This document shows positions 19,098 through 29,651 of a stretch of DNA of 64,000 bases, piece by piece. How positions within the stretch are numbered: the stretch's first letter is position 1; every line of letters starts with the position of its first letter. The notes under the pieces were generated by a model that made no database searches, was not told where the DNA came from, and saw nothing but the letters and a program-made list of their open reading frames with translations. The DNA lies in IMG/VR virus record IMGVR_UViG_3300008954_000023, positions 1-64,000 of that record; one strand, 5' to 3'. The position numbers and the translations under genes were made by a program. Source of the stretch: a virus.

Positions 19098-22000
19098 TGG
19101 CCAACACCGGTTCCCAGGCCGAAGCGATTCGAGACCTCCTGGTGGAGCGTCTGGAGCTCTTCGATCCCTCTCTGGACACCTCGGAAGGCTCTCCGCTGTG
19201 GACCAAGGTCGTTGCTCCGATCTACACGGCCTTGGGCACTGACCCCTTCGACACGAACATCCGTAGCTTCCTGAAGGACCGGCTCACGCAGGAGTACCCC
19301 TCCATGGCGGCCGAGGATGGGGACTCCCTCGTCGACCTCATGATCACGCCTCTTCAGTTCTTGCTGGAACCGCTGAAGCGCGAGACCCAGATCGTCCGTC
19401 GGGGCCAGTCCGTCCGCAACGCGGACACCATGCGACTCGAGGATGCCCGGGATCATGCCGGCAACTTCTTCACGGACTGGCACTCCGGAGATCGCTCGTC
19501 AGGAGTCGTGAGGGTCTACTATGCAAACCCGACCTTCGTGAATGTCCTGCCGACGATGACGTTCTCGACCGCAGGCGGTCTGAACTACTTCCCCACTTCC
19601 GCGCAGACCATCCGGCCAGAGACCATGCTCCTGCAGAGGTCCGGTACGGAGTACTACCTCGACATCTCGCTTGTAGCGGAGGACACAGGCTCCGAGTACG
19701 ACGCGGCGGCCGGAACCGTCATTTTGGTCAAAGGCCTGTCCGGCTACACCCGGATCACCAACCTCGAAGACTTCGACGGTGGAGACCCGGCAGAGACTGG
19801 CAAAGAGCTCCTCGATCGGACGAAGACCTCGCTGAGTGAGCGAAGCCTCAACGTCCGACGAGGTATCGTCTCTCGCATCAACAATGACTTCCCCTCCATC
19901 ATCGATGTGGAGGCCGTGGGGATGGGCGATCCGGAGATGGAGCGCGACATCATCACGGGCGGAGGCCATGGAACGGTCATCGCAACCGGCACCTGCTTCA
20001 TCGTGGGCCAGTTCTGCCTGATGTTCTCGATGTTCGAGAGGCGGGGTGAGCTCGAGGATCAGCAGATCGCCGAAGGCGATGAGATCGAGCTCAACTACTG
20101 GAAGTTCCTGTACGACTCCGATGGCTCCGACGCGAACGAGTCCTTCCTCGTAGACACCATCCTCTTCGACTCTCGTACGGCCATCCCCGAGATGCCGTCA
20201 ATCCTTTTGTTCCGTATCGATGGTGTTCCCTCACACACGACACCCATCGCCGGCACCCTTCCCGGGGTTCTGCCTTCGGTGTTCTGCGTGGTCCGGTCCA
20301 CAGGGAAGATCGAAATCTCGGACATCCCCGGAGGCATCACGGAGCCCAACACGGCCCGAGGTGTCATCGAGATCGAGGATGGAGAGGTTCATATCGGAGG
20401 TCACTACGACGTTTGGGCGCGGCCCAGCTCGACGACCAGTACGACCACAGATTTCGGAACCATCCGTTCGGCTACGGCGCACATGGAAGACGCCGATCTG
20501 GTCCTCAACGGAGAGAGCACAAGCCCCACACATCTCGTCCACCGCGCCTATACCCTCACCCTTGCATCTCCTGGGGACTTCCAGACGGGAGAGACCATCA
20601 CGGGAGGGACCTCCGGAGCCGTTGCAGTCATTGCCAAGAAGACCGCGACTACGGCAGTTCTGTGGGAGATGAACGGGATTGAGTTTGAGGTTGGGGAGAC
20701 TGTGACAGGTTCCGCCTCTGAGGCGACGTCTACCATCACAGAGATCGACAGCTTCGACTGGGACTCGGAAGGCGGTGTCACCAACCAGATGGTCCTGTCG
20801 GTGACTTCAGGGTCTGAAGCCGGAGTCTACAGCATCCTGAAGATTGAGGGCCCTTTCCTCTACATCGATGTGGCCCCGACCTCGACGCAGAGGGATCTCT
20901 TCTTCCGTGTCCTCTCCGAAATCTCTGTCGACCTGTTCAATCCTCGGTCCACGCTCATCCCCTTTGGAGATGCAGCAGGCAATGATCTGCGGACGACCAT
21001 CGGCTCTACAACTCTGCGGACGGCCATCAATCTGCAGGACTACGGCGTAGAGGCCGGAGACACCATCGAGATCCTGGACGGGGACGACAAGGGCACCTTC
21101 GTCATCAAGGACTTCGACTCGGCCATCGGCGGTACGGCACCCATCGTTGTCGGATCGGGCCTTTCAGCCACGAACTCTGGCCTGTCGTACACCGTCTACC
21201 GTTCTACTACGCCGCTCAACCGGCCCTTGGTCCGCATCTCTCCTGGAGCCGTGACGCTACTCGATCCTTCAGGCCAGGACTCAGGGTACAAGGTGCCCTA
21301 TGCCCTTCCAGTAGACTCGCGAGCGCAAGGTGCATTCTCCGGTTCGAAGGCGGTAGCTGCGGGACGGAATGGCTTCGTCTTGATGGATCCGGGCGACACC
21401 TGGGCTCCGACAGAAGACTTCAAGGTCGACATCACGACGTTCGACTACGAGGCCGCCACAGGCGTCTCGGGTGAGACCTTCGAGGACTTCTACAGCGAGG
21501 AGAACTTCCGTCGCTGCTACACCGACGAGTGCCTCCCTTGTGACGGGTACATCGCCGTCATCTCCGTCTACAACGATGGGAAGATGTACCTCGATGCCAA
21601 CCTCCCTTCGGCAGTCACAGACTTCCTTCAGAGCATGAAGGATTGGTTCCTCTCCGTCATTGAGACCTTCAACTTCGGTGGTGACGAGGAAGAGCTCATC
21701 GAGGGCTTCTCTCCGATCAAGCTCGAGGCTCCGGACGAGGCTCTCTCCCTGCTCTTCCAGTTCGAGATCTGCATTCCGTTTGCAGTCTTCGACGGCTGCA
21801 ACAATGTCTTCATGGCTGTGCCGGAGTTCGACTGGGAAGCGGAGTTCGAAGACCTGGGTACCTTCGAAGAGGCCATCTCCCTCTACAACGCAGGCCTGAT
21901 GACAGGCCCGACCCCGGCCCTCCTCTCTGCCGCTGCAGGGGACGTGCTGACGGTACTCTCAGGGCCCAATGCCGGCTCGTACCTTATCGACTCCGTTCAC

Positions 22001-25000
22001 ACGTTCTACCTGGCCACCTCTGGCGATATCGAAGGCTCAGACTTCGACCTCAACAACGCCTACAAGGTAGGCCTGGTCGTCATCAAGGGTGAGTTCCCTG
22101 TCCCGGCCCTTCAAGGTCTGCCGGAGTACTTCGAGGGGACTGCTCCATCCTGGTCAGTGCCTACTCCTCCTGATCTGCGTGACCAGTTCACAGTGGAGGA
22201 CGAGAGTGGTGAGATCGTCGGATGGGCGTATGTCGAGAAGGCCCTGGCCTGGTTCTTCCAGTGGATGACGTCCCTGGGCTTCGATCTGCCTGAAGGCGTG
22301 ACCCTGGACACACCAGCTACGCTCAAGGCCTTCTGGCAGCTCCTTTTCTCCGACTACATCGTGGCGAAGCCGACCTGCGCGCAGACCGCCCGCATGCAGT
22401 TCATCTCGCCAACCTCGTGTACGGTGTACTCTCCGCAGCCCTGCACTCGGTACCAGTACGCCCTTCCTGTCCCGACTGGAGTAGCTGTCACGGGCGAGAG
22501 CATTACTCTGCCGCTACCGGATCTTGAAGGGAAGACGGTCTCTCTGACAGTGAAGCGACTTAGCGGGGACACAGACCTCTCAGCCACGCTCGAGGAAGCG
22601 GCTGGTACGGCCAGTACCATTTCCGAGCTTGCGGCGGAGCTTCAGTCGGCCCTGGACTCGAACAGCGAGTATGTGCTCTTCTCTGGTCCTGAGACGGCCA
22701 CCGGACAGCTCACTATCACCCAGGCGACAGGCGGGGTGGATGAGTGGCTGTACGTGGGCTCCACGTCTTCAGACCATGTCTTCCGGTGGCTCGGCTTCTT
22801 CGATGAGGAAGAGGGGAAATACGCCTATACCTCCGCAGTAGGAGCCGTGACGCCTTCGGCAGAGACCATCGACACGGACGCTGTAACGGCCCTCGGTTTC
22901 CTACTGAACAATCTCACGACGTCCTTGAACCGAATCACGTTCACACAGTCAGGTGCGGTCGATATGCAGATCGGCGAGATTGTGGAGGGAGATACCTCGG
23001 GCGCTCAGGGTGTGGTTTACGCCATTCTCCACGACACCTCAGGCGGTGTGTCTTCGTACATCCTCGTCGGCAACATCACAGGCGGAGCATTTCAGACGGG
23101 AGAGGCTCTGACGGGTCAGACTTCCTCTGATGAGATCACAGTGGTGAATGTCTCTCCTGACGTCATACTCGATGTAGAGCATGTCGTTGAGGAGGACCTT
23201 TCAGCCAAGCAGTCCAGCTTCGTTGAAGCTGCCGAGATCCTCTCCACGGCTCTTCGGCGGGAAATCATCGTAGAGATGCACAACGACGTAGCCTCCTCCA
23301 ACTTCGATGATCAGCGGATTGCGACTACATTCGTAGCGACTGTGACCTGGACTGAGAATGGAGATGGGACAGGGTACTTCGGGGTTACCATCGAGGATTC
23401 TGTCGATGAGTCTATCTTCACCGGTTTCACCGTAGATGATACGGGCGATGTCGCCGTCAAGGACATGGCAGGAGACTACTTCTTGTCTACGACGGGAGTT
23501 CCTCACTCTATCGTGGGCCATGTACTGACCGGGGACGACTACGACTACGACAGTCAGTCCATGACTATCGACATCGACAAAGACGGTGGTGACGTCGCAG
23601 ACATCGACTTTGCTTTGGACGGTGAGTCCGCCGTCGCCTTCAGAGACGACATTCAGAGCCTCTTGACCGCTGCCGACTACGACGGCGCAGCACAGGCCCT
23701 GAATGCAACGGAGGCGTACTACGCAGACACTACGTCCTCGGAGCGTGCCGTAGTGTGGGTAGGAGGAGGAAGCCTCACGCTTCGTTCTCTCTCGGGAGGA
23801 AGTGCCACAAGCATGACGTTGGTAGGAGCTGACATCGTCGGACTCTCTGACGTGACGGCTACAGGCTCCAATGTCGATGGTAACTCCATCGTGCAAGGCA
23901 CTACGGTTCCTGACGAGACCGTCACAACCTATGCCACACCTCCGGAGCCGACGCTCTTCGTGGCCGCTGCTGGGGCTGCTGAGCTTCTCTTCACAGTGTC
24001 GCCAGAGGAAGACGCCTTCCAGGTGTTCCCCGGCCAGACAGAGGACGGCAACGTCCCTGTCACAGAGCTGCCGCGCGACATCCGCATTGGCACTCCGTAC
24101 GACGACCAAATCACTACAGAGCTGGCCTTTGACGATGCTGCCTACGGAGCTCCTGTAGAGCTTGGCATCACAGATGGCCTCGATGTTCTCCACCTCCATG
24201 AGCACAGGACGCTCCTGGAGCACATCATCGAGGAGGCAGACGCGGCCATCTCGCGGGATCGAGTCGTTGCGGTGGCTACTACCTTTGGCTCGACGACCAT
24301 CGAGCTTCTCGACTTCGACTCCCCAGAGTACACCTTCCTTGCACCGAACTCTGGACTGGACTCTGATGAGATTCAGGTCGGTGACATCGTGTTCATCGAA
24401 GAAGGCGAGGACAAGGCGGGGTACACCGTCACGGCCCGGACTGCGACGTCTCTCACGCTCGATACGTCGCTGTCGCTGTCCACGGCGAAGATCTACAAGT
24501 TCGGCAACGACGGTGTGATTGAGCCGGATGAGTCTGACGCCCTCTTCACCTCGATCACCGGTTCCTTCACCTCCGACGACATCGGGCGGTACCTGACGAT
24601 CTTCTCCAGCAACAGGGAGGAGTACGACGGGAGCTACAAGATCACGGCGGTAGAGGCGGACGGCTCTGGCTGCACCCTCGATACGGATGTCTTCCTGTTT
24701 ACGGAGACTGACATTCACTGGGCAGTGGTTCAGGCCCCGACCGAGGATCTCGCGGACTCCAGTATTGGAGGCCGAACTGCGCTTCACGGCGTGAGGCCGA
24801 TTCGCATCTATGCGGGGACAGCCTCAGAGTGGCGGGTTGCTCGAGTCACTCCGGACCTTGATCGAGCCTTGACCAGGGTGTTCGTCGCACACGGATCGAG
24901 TGCATCTCCTCCGGAGCAAGGTGTGAAGCAGCCCTACCGGTTCGTCCGAGAGGGTACGCATCGCATTTCGTCTACGAGGATGTCGGAGCAGAGGGACAAG

Positions 25001-25738
25001 GAGTACTACTACTTCGACGTTCTCGCGCAGTCCTTGGGCGGTGACGCTCTCTACAACGTGGAGAAGTACACGAAGCTCGAGCCGGTCTTCGGCACCTTCG
25101 ACTCCGATGGCTTCCGTCTGGAGACAGACGATCCCCGTCTGACCTTCTCGCCACGAGAGGAGACCAGCATGGTCCTCTCTCCCTCGTTCCTCCCTGTAGG
25201 CTTCGATGATCACCCCGTGAACCATGTCGATCTGGAAGGCAGGGCTCTGCGAGTCGGGTACGAGCATGCGCCTACGCTGGGACAGATCCAGCGACTGCTT
25301 TCCTCAGAGACGGACCGGGTACTCTGCGCCAATACGCTCGTCCGGCACTTCCTGCCGTCCTTCGTGAGTCTGGACCTGACCTACGACGGAGGCAACACTG
25401 CCTCGAAGATCGCCGGTGAGCTCAAGGCATACATCGACAGCCTCTCCTCTACCGACGAGATCGACGTCTCGAAGCTCGAGAAGATCTTCCACGCCAATGC
25501 GGTGTCCCGCTACGACCACCCCTTCGTCGTTCGCTCCGTCACCCATGACCTCGACAGGCGGCTTGTGGGTAGTCGTTCCGAGAACCGGCTCACGGATGAC
25601 GACATCGAGTACAACGGAACCAACAGGACTACGTTCTTCATCGCCGGAAGCGACCACTCCTCCGTAGAGGAGGCAGATCTTCCCGAAGGTGAGCGCATCC
25701 GTCTGACGCGAGGAGTCGTCCCGACTACCGTGAGATGA
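19097..25738 (+). CDS. Giant baseplate J/gp6-like wedge protein
   Basis: 2213 aa; N-terminal ITNLEDFDGGDPAETGKELLDR (GG.D.E...L..R) and C-terminal LKAYIDSL...IDVSKL typical of baseplate J; long repetitive insert. Confidence 0.75.
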   Translation: MANTGSQAEAIRDLLVERLELFDPSLDTSEGSPLWTKVVAPIYTALGTDPFDTNIRSFLKDRLTQEYPSMAAEDGDSLVDLMITPLQFLLEPLKRETQIVRRGQSVRNADTMRLEDARDHAGNFFTDWHSGDRSSGVVRVYYANPTFVNVLPTMTFSTAGGLNYFPTSAQTIRPETMLLQRSGTEYYLDISLVAEDTGSEYDAAAGTVILVKGLSGYTRITNLEDFDGGDPAETGKELLDRTKTSLSERSLNVRRGIVSRINNDFPSIIDVEAVGMGDPEMERDIITGGGHGTVIATGTCFIVGQFCLMFSMFERRGELEDQQIAEGDEIELNYWKFLYDSDGSDANESFLVDTILFDSRTAIPEMPSILLFRIDGVPSHTTPIAGTLPGVLPSVFCVVRSTGKIEISDIPGGITEPNTARGVIEIEDGEVHIGGHYDVWARPSSTTSTTTDFGTIRSATAHMEDADLVLNGESTSPTHLVHRAYTLTLASPGDFQTGETITGGTSGAVAVIAKKTATTAVLWEMNGIEFEVGETVTGSASEATSTITEIDSFDWDSEGGVTNQMVLSVTSGSEAGVYSILKIEGPFLYIDVAPTSTQRDLFFRVLSEISVDLFNPRSTLIPFGDAAGNDLRTTIGSTTLRTAINLQDYGVEAGDTIEILDGDDKGTFVIKDFDSAIGGTAPIVVGSGLSATNSGLSYTVYRSTTPLNRPLVRISPGAVTLLDPSGQDSGYKVPYALPVDSRAQGAFSGSKAVAAGRNGFVLMDPGDTWAPTEDFKVDITTFDYEAATGVSGETFEDFYSEENFRRCYTDECLPCDGYIAVISVYNDGKMYLDANLPSAVTDFLQSMKDWFLSVIETFNFGGDEEELIEGFSPIKLEAPDEALSLLFQFEICIPFAVFDGCNNVFMAVPEFDWEAEFEDLGTFEEAISLYNAGLMTGPTPALLSAAAGDVLTVLSGPNAGSYLIDSVHTFYLATSGDIEGSDFDLNNAYKVGLVVIKGEFPVPALQGLPEYFEGTAPSWSVPTPPDLRDQFTVEDESGEIVGWAYVEKALAWFFQWMTSLGFDLPEGVTLDTPATLKAFWQLLFSDYIVAKPTCAQTARMQFISPTSCTVYSPQPCTRYQYALPVPTGVAVTGESITLPLPDLEGKTVSLTVKRLSGDTDLSATLEEAAGTASTISELAAELQSALDSNSEYVLFSGPETATGQLTITQATGGVDEWLYVGSTSSDHVFRWLGFFDEEEGKYAYTSAVGAVTPSAETIDTDAVTALGFLLNNLTTSLNRITFTQSGAVDMQIGEIVEGDTSGAQGVVYAILHDTSGGVSSYILVGNITGGAFQTGEALTGQTSSDEITVVNVSPDVILDVEHVVEEDLSAKQSSFVEAAEILSTALRREIIVEMHNDVASSNFDDQRIATTFVATVTWTENGDGTGYFGVTIEDSVDESIFTGFTVDDTGDVAVKDMAGDYFLSTTGVPHSIVGHVLTGDDYDYDSQSMTIDIDKDGGDVADIDFALDGESAVAFRDDIQSLLTAADYDGAAQALNATEAYYADTTSSERAVVWVGGGSLTLRSLSGGSATSMTLVGADIVGLSDVTATGSNVDGNSIVQGTTVPDETVTTYATPPEPTLFVAAAGAAELLFTVSPEEDAFQVFPGQTEDGNVPVTELPRDIRIGTPYDDQITTELAFDDAAYGAPVELGITDGLDVLHLHEHRTLLEHIIEEADAAISRDRVVAVATTFGSTTIELLDFDSPEYTFLAPNSGLDSDEIQVGDIVFIEEGEDKAGYTVTARTATSLTLDTSLSLSTAKIYKFGNDGVIEPDESDALFTSITGSFTSDDIGRYLTIFSSNREEYDGSYKITAVEADGSGCTLDTDVFLFTETDIHWAVVQAPTEDLADSSIGGRTALHGVRPIRIYAGTASEWRVARVTPDLDRALTRVFVAHGSSASPPEQGVKQPYRFVREGTHRISSTRMSEQRDKEYYYFDVLAQSLGGDALYNVEKYTKLEPVFGTFDSDGFRLETDDPRLTFSPREETSMVLSPSFLPVGFDDHPVNHVDLEGRALRVGYEHAPTLGQIQRLLSSETDRVLCANTLVRHFLPSFVSLDLTYDGGNTASKIAGELKAYIDSLSSTDEIDVSKLEKIFHANAVSRYDHPFVVRSVTHDLDRRLVGSRSENRLTDDDIEYNGTNRTTFFIAGSDHSSVEEADLPEGERIRLTRGVVPTTVR

Positions 25739-25970
25739 CCCCATGCTCGGGGCATACCGCATCGTAGTTGAAGGACGTGCCGCGGAAGATGCGGGCCGGA
25801 TCACGAGGCAGGCGTGGCACCAGGCTCTCGCCGCACTCAGGACAGGTCATCGAGGCGATGTCTTCTCGCTTGTCCGTGTCCTTCTCCTGCATCTGAGGGA
25901 TGACAGATTCCCGGCCGGATAGGATGCTAAGAACGGCATCCTGATCCATCTCCTGGTAAGGCTTCGACAT
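25725..25970 (-). CDS. Small antisense Zn-finger protein
   Basis: CPECG...CPEHG; fills the only gap in the plus-strand operon; start at 25970 or 25949. Confidence 0.6.
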   Translation of the reverse strand: MSKPYQEMDQDAVLSILSGRESVIPQMQEKDTDKREDIASMTCPECGESLVPRLPRDPARIFRGTSFNYDAVCPEHGVISR

Positions 25971-28236
25971 GGCAAACCCCGTAGTCGTGAATCGCCGCCC
26001 AGCCCCTGGAGAGGCTGATGTGTCCATCGAGACCCCGTTCCGTTTCGGGGTCCGGGACCTGGATACCAGGGTATCCCTTTCCACCATCTACGCCTCCATC
26101 TCCTTTGGTCGGTCGGTCTATGTGCCTACCGAGAGTACCCTGCCTTCGCAGGACGACACGCTGAAGGAAGAGGGCGTGGATGTGTACCTGTCCACGTTCG
26201 ACGATGCCTCCGGCACGACACACGCTGAAGACGACTCGCAGCAGACGTCTGTGGCAGGGATCTACACCATCACCAAGGACACCTCCGGTCCGGAGAACGG
26301 TGTTCTCTTCCTCACGTTGCCGGCACAGGCCTCACAGAAGCCCTACGAGTTCCAGGCGGCTCTGGACCTCTCAAACGTCTCCACAGGCACCAAGGACTAC
26401 ACCGACTTCTCGGACTACGCGGGGGTCGTCCTTGGTATCGCCTACTGGCCCGAGAACACCGGTGTCTTCCTGTTCTTCAGGGGTGATGGTCTCGCAGGAG
26501 GTACCGGAAGTGTGACCGTGGCCGGGCCTTCGGATGATGGAACAGGCACCCGCCCTATGGCTCAGACGACGGCTCTGGAGTGGAAGGAAGACTCCTACAC
26601 CTTCACCATCAACGTCGACCCTTCTCCACAGAGGAGGAAGGTGCTGGTCTTCGCCACAGACTCCAACGGCGACGAGACCTCATTGGCGGAGTTCGAACTC
26701 AACGACTTCAACGAGTTCCTCCCTTCGGTTCGCATGGGAACACTTCTGGCTGAGGACGAGCCCACAGACAAGGTCACGTTCATCGCGGGACTCGATGGCT
26801 TCGTTGCCGGGGAGTACATCGACGTCTACAGCCTGGCCATGCTCGCCAACGGCCATGTGCTCGTAGTGGATGGGCTTCACACAGGGTCTTCCACTCTCAA
26901 GGTTGACCCGACCGAGTCTCAGCTCATTGTTGGTCCAGAAGGGGCCGGTGAGTGGATTGAAGAAGGCGACGACGGGTCATCGCAGACTACGGAGTTCGCT
27001 CTCCAGATCACGGCATCCTCTGGCCCGTATCGCTTCCACCGGGACGAGCCTGACCTCGGGGACAAGGAGTGGATGATTCTCGGCCGCTTCGCCGGCGATG
27101 AGTCCGTCCATGAGGGCATCTACCACACAGGTATGGGCATCACGGTCTCCGACGGTACCTCTGCCTTCAAGCTCCACCTGCTCGATGACTTCTCTCGTCG
27201 AACCATTGGCATCTCTCTGCCTGGTGCCGCAGACGACACAGTCATCGAAGACTACAAGCTCCCTGAAGAAAATGTGGAGTGGGATGGGACGGAGGTGGAC
27301 TTCATCCTCCTTGGCTCCGGCACGAAGAACCTCCTACGGCTCTACACCTCCGACACCGATTTGGTCATCGACCATATCTACGCGGATAGTTACCCGCTTG
27401 AGCCCTCGACAGAGGTAGCTTTTGGCTTCACCGAGGATGGGGAGTTTTCGGGGGAGTTCCATCTCTACAGGCTCTGGCTTTTTACGAACTGCACGTTCTA
27501 TGAGCCGACGGTCACGCCGTACCCTCCGACTGCGCAAGGCTGGGGAAAGGTCTCGAACGGCCTGGCAGAGGTCTTCGACGGCACTACTCTTGAGGTGGAT
27601 GCTACCGCCTCAGGAGCCTACGGTATCTACCACATCGACGAAGCAGACCATGATGAGACCTCCGGTGCTGCTCTCTTCTTTCGGATGGAGCTGGAGTCTT
27701 GGAGGGACTCCGCCGGAGCTGTGAAGCCGACAAGGAAGGAGTTCGGTCCTGTAGCCGCGATCAGGACCTCATCCCTTGCGACCCAGCTTCACTTCGTGCA
27801 GACCGTGGATGGGGTGTTTTACGCCTACTTCTCCAACGACACTTCCGACGTCACAGAGGTTCTCAAGCAGTCGGACGAGGGTCGGCTCATCTCGGCCGAG
27901 GTGGATCTCTCCGAGGCTCGGACTTTCCTCCTCGATGTGAAGCCGCGGCAGTGGATCCGACTGTACGTCGACAACGACACCACTCCCGTCATTGAAATCG
28001 ACTGGGACTCAGAGCATGAAGGCGCGCTTCGAAGTCTGCCCACGAACATGCCAGTAGATGCGGTCGTGGCCTTCGGCTCTCTTGGAGAGGATTCAGGGGT
28101 GAAGGCCAAGTACAGCTTCGCCCGAGCATCTCTCGGTCGGGGATATGACCTGACCACATCTCCTGTCATCTCAGACTCGGAGCCACTGTACGGCGCTCAG
28201 GTTAGTCTGCTCATCGATGTGCAGGACGAGGATTAG
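25969..28236 (+). CDS. Beta-sandwich (Ig + lectin/LamG-like) virion protein
   Basis: 755 aa, acidic, beta-rich; N-terminal PVVVNRRPAPGEADVSIETP (Big_5-like). Confidence 0.6.
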   Translation: MANPVVVNRRPAPGEADVSIETPFRFGVRDLDTRVSLSTIYASISFGRSVYVPTESTLPSQDDTLKEEGVDVYLSTFDDASGTTHAEDDSQQTSVAGIYTITKDTSGPENGVLFLTLPAQASQKPYEFQAALDLSNVSTGTKDYTDFSDYAGVVLGIAYWPENTGVFLFFRGDGLAGGTGSVTVAGPSDDGTGTRPMAQTTALEWKEDSYTFTINVDPSPQRRKVLVFATDSNGDETSLAEFELNDFNEFLPSVRMGTLLAEDEPTDKVTFIAGLDGFVAGEYIDVYSLAMLANGHVLVVDGLHTGSSTLKVDPTESQLIVGPEGAGEWIEEGDDGSSQTTEFALQITASSGPYRFHRDEPDLGDKEWMILGRFAGDESVHEGIYHTGMGITVSDGTSAFKLHLLDDFSRRTIGISLPGAADDTVIEDYKLPEENVEWDGTEVDFILLGSGTKNLLRLYTSDTDLVIDHIYADSYPLEPSTEVAFGFTEDGEFSGEFHLYRLWLFTNCTFYEPTVTPYPPTAQGWGKVSNGLAEVFDGTTLEVDATASGAYGIYHIDEADHDETSGAALFFRMELESWRDSAGAVKPTRKEFGPVAAIRTSSLATQLHFVQTVDGVFYAYFSNDTSDVTEVLKQSDEGRLISAEVDLSEARTFLLDVKPRQWIRLYVDNDTTPVIEIDWDSEHEGALRSLPTNMPVDAVVAFGSLGEDSGVKAKYSFARASLGRGYDLTTSPVISDSEPLYGAQVSLLIDVQDED

Positions 28237-28237
28237 G

Positions 28238-28981
28238 ATGGACTCTCAGACCTTCTCGAAGTTCGCAGCCAATATGCGTGCCAACATCTCGTCTGAAGCT
28301 CTTGGTATTGGCGCTCTCAGTGCTGTGAGCGGTGTAGGAGCTGTCTATGACACCTACAAAGCTCGTGGCCTGTCTTCGGATATGAAAGAGCTTCAGGCAG
28401 CTCTCAAAGGTGAAAGCGGGCATGAGATGGTCAACCTTCGGGCCTACCTGAAGAAGCGAGACCCTGCCGTGACGGTGGTGGACACGCCGAAGAAGGTGGA
28501 TGCCTTCCTCGAGCGGGAAGGTATCCGCGGGTTCAAGAAGCTCATGAACCGCGCAGCCCTACGGAGCATGGTTGAGCAGGGGAGCAACGCTGCTGCTTAT
28601 CGGGGACAGCACGGAGAGTACATCTTCGGCCGTGGCAAGCTGCCGAAGGCTGTGGCTGACCATGAGCATGGTCATATCCTCGACTTCCGGGCCAAAGGCA
28701 TCAAGCTCGATGGCTCCCCTCGTATGGGCGAGTACGTCAAGGGTTACATCGACAGCTTCATCCAGTCCAAGTCCAAGGACCGGTTCATGAAGGGCCGCTA
28801 CAAGGCCGAGACGGAGGCTTGGAGGCATGCGGCTGTAAAGGGGAAGAAGAACAAGGACTTGGAGGACAAGGCCTTGGGCTCCTACGAGAAGGGTTTCCAT
28901 GTGCAGCGCGGCATAAGTCGAGGAGCTACCGGCCTGATCGCTCTTCAGAGCCTTGCCAACACTACTCGTTTGCGTCGGTAA
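28238..28981 (+). CDS. Putative zincin metallopeptidase with N-terminal hydrophobic segment
   Basis: HEHGH (HExxH) at 28661-28675, downstream ETEAW as possible third ligand; basic protein. Confidence 0.6.
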   Translation: MDSQTFSKFAANMRANISSEALGIGALSAVSGVGAVYDTYKARGLSSDMKELQAALKGESGHEMVNLRAYLKKRDPAVTVVDTPKKVDAFLEREGIRGFKKLMNRAALRSMVEQGSNAAAYRGQHGEYIFGRGKLPKAVADHEHGHILDFRAKGIKLDGSPRMGEYVKGYIDSFIQSKSKDRFMKGRYKAETEAWRHAAVKGKKNKDLEDKALGSYEKGFHVQRGISRGATGLIALQSLANTTRLRR

Positions 28982-29637
28982 TGAAGTCTCTCCTCAAGAT
29001 GGCCGGGCATGTAGAGAACCGTGCCCGTGAGCGTACCGACATCTCTCATGCTGAGATCGCCGCTCTGCGGCAACATTTACAGGGCCTGAAGCTCCGGCCG
29101 GGAAAGACCTATCACCACACCTGGCCAGGCCGAGGCCATGCCATCATCGGCTCCGTAGGACCAAAGAAGCGGCACGTCGTGAAGACCATCCTCGGTCCCG
29201 ACATGCCTCCAAGGATGCACAGCCGGCCCTTGCCGGGCATGGTTACTCCGAAGGACATCCATCGTCTGGCTGATCACGTAGGCGTCAAGTGGGATAATGA
29301 GCCCTCGTTCTTGGCTCTCAGCAAGAAGGTGACTGGTGTATCGCATCTCGATCACATGAACCCGACCCAGCTCCGGGCCATGAGGGATGAGCTGCAGAAG
29401 CTGGGTGACCGGAAGTTGGAGCCAGGCTCTGATGCTCACATCAGGAATCTGGCGATGGGCCGGGGTATCGGTGCTGGCGGTTTGACCTTCATGGCGGCAG
29501 CTCCTGTTGCCGGTCTGGTTTCTGGAGCGACAGGGAAGAAGGGCCTTCTTGCCGCCCCTGCGGTAGCAGGGCTGGCGACAGGTGAGATCGCTCGGCGACG
29601 ACACCTGAAGCGCCTGAGGAAGTACCACAACAAGTGA
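28981..29637 (+). CDS. Multi-module basic protein: BECR/RelE-like RNase-like N-terminus, C-terminal glycine-zipper hydrophobic hairpin
   Basis: TAATG coupling; HVENRARER...HVVKTIL; GRGIGAGGL...AGLVSG...AVAGLATG then RRRHLKRLRK. Confidence 0.5.
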   Translation: MKSLLKMAGHVENRARERTDISHAEIAALRQHLQGLKLRPGKTYHHTWPGRGHAIIGSVGPKKRHVVKTILGPDMPPRMHSRPLPGMVTPKDIHRLADHVGVKWDNEPSFLALSKKVTGVSHLDHMNPTQLRAMRDELQKLGDRKLEPGSDAHIRNLAMGRGIGAGGLTFMAAAPVAGLVSGATGKKGLLAAPAVAGLATGEIARRRHLKRLRKYHNK

Positions 29638-29651
29638 GATAGTAGAGGGGC

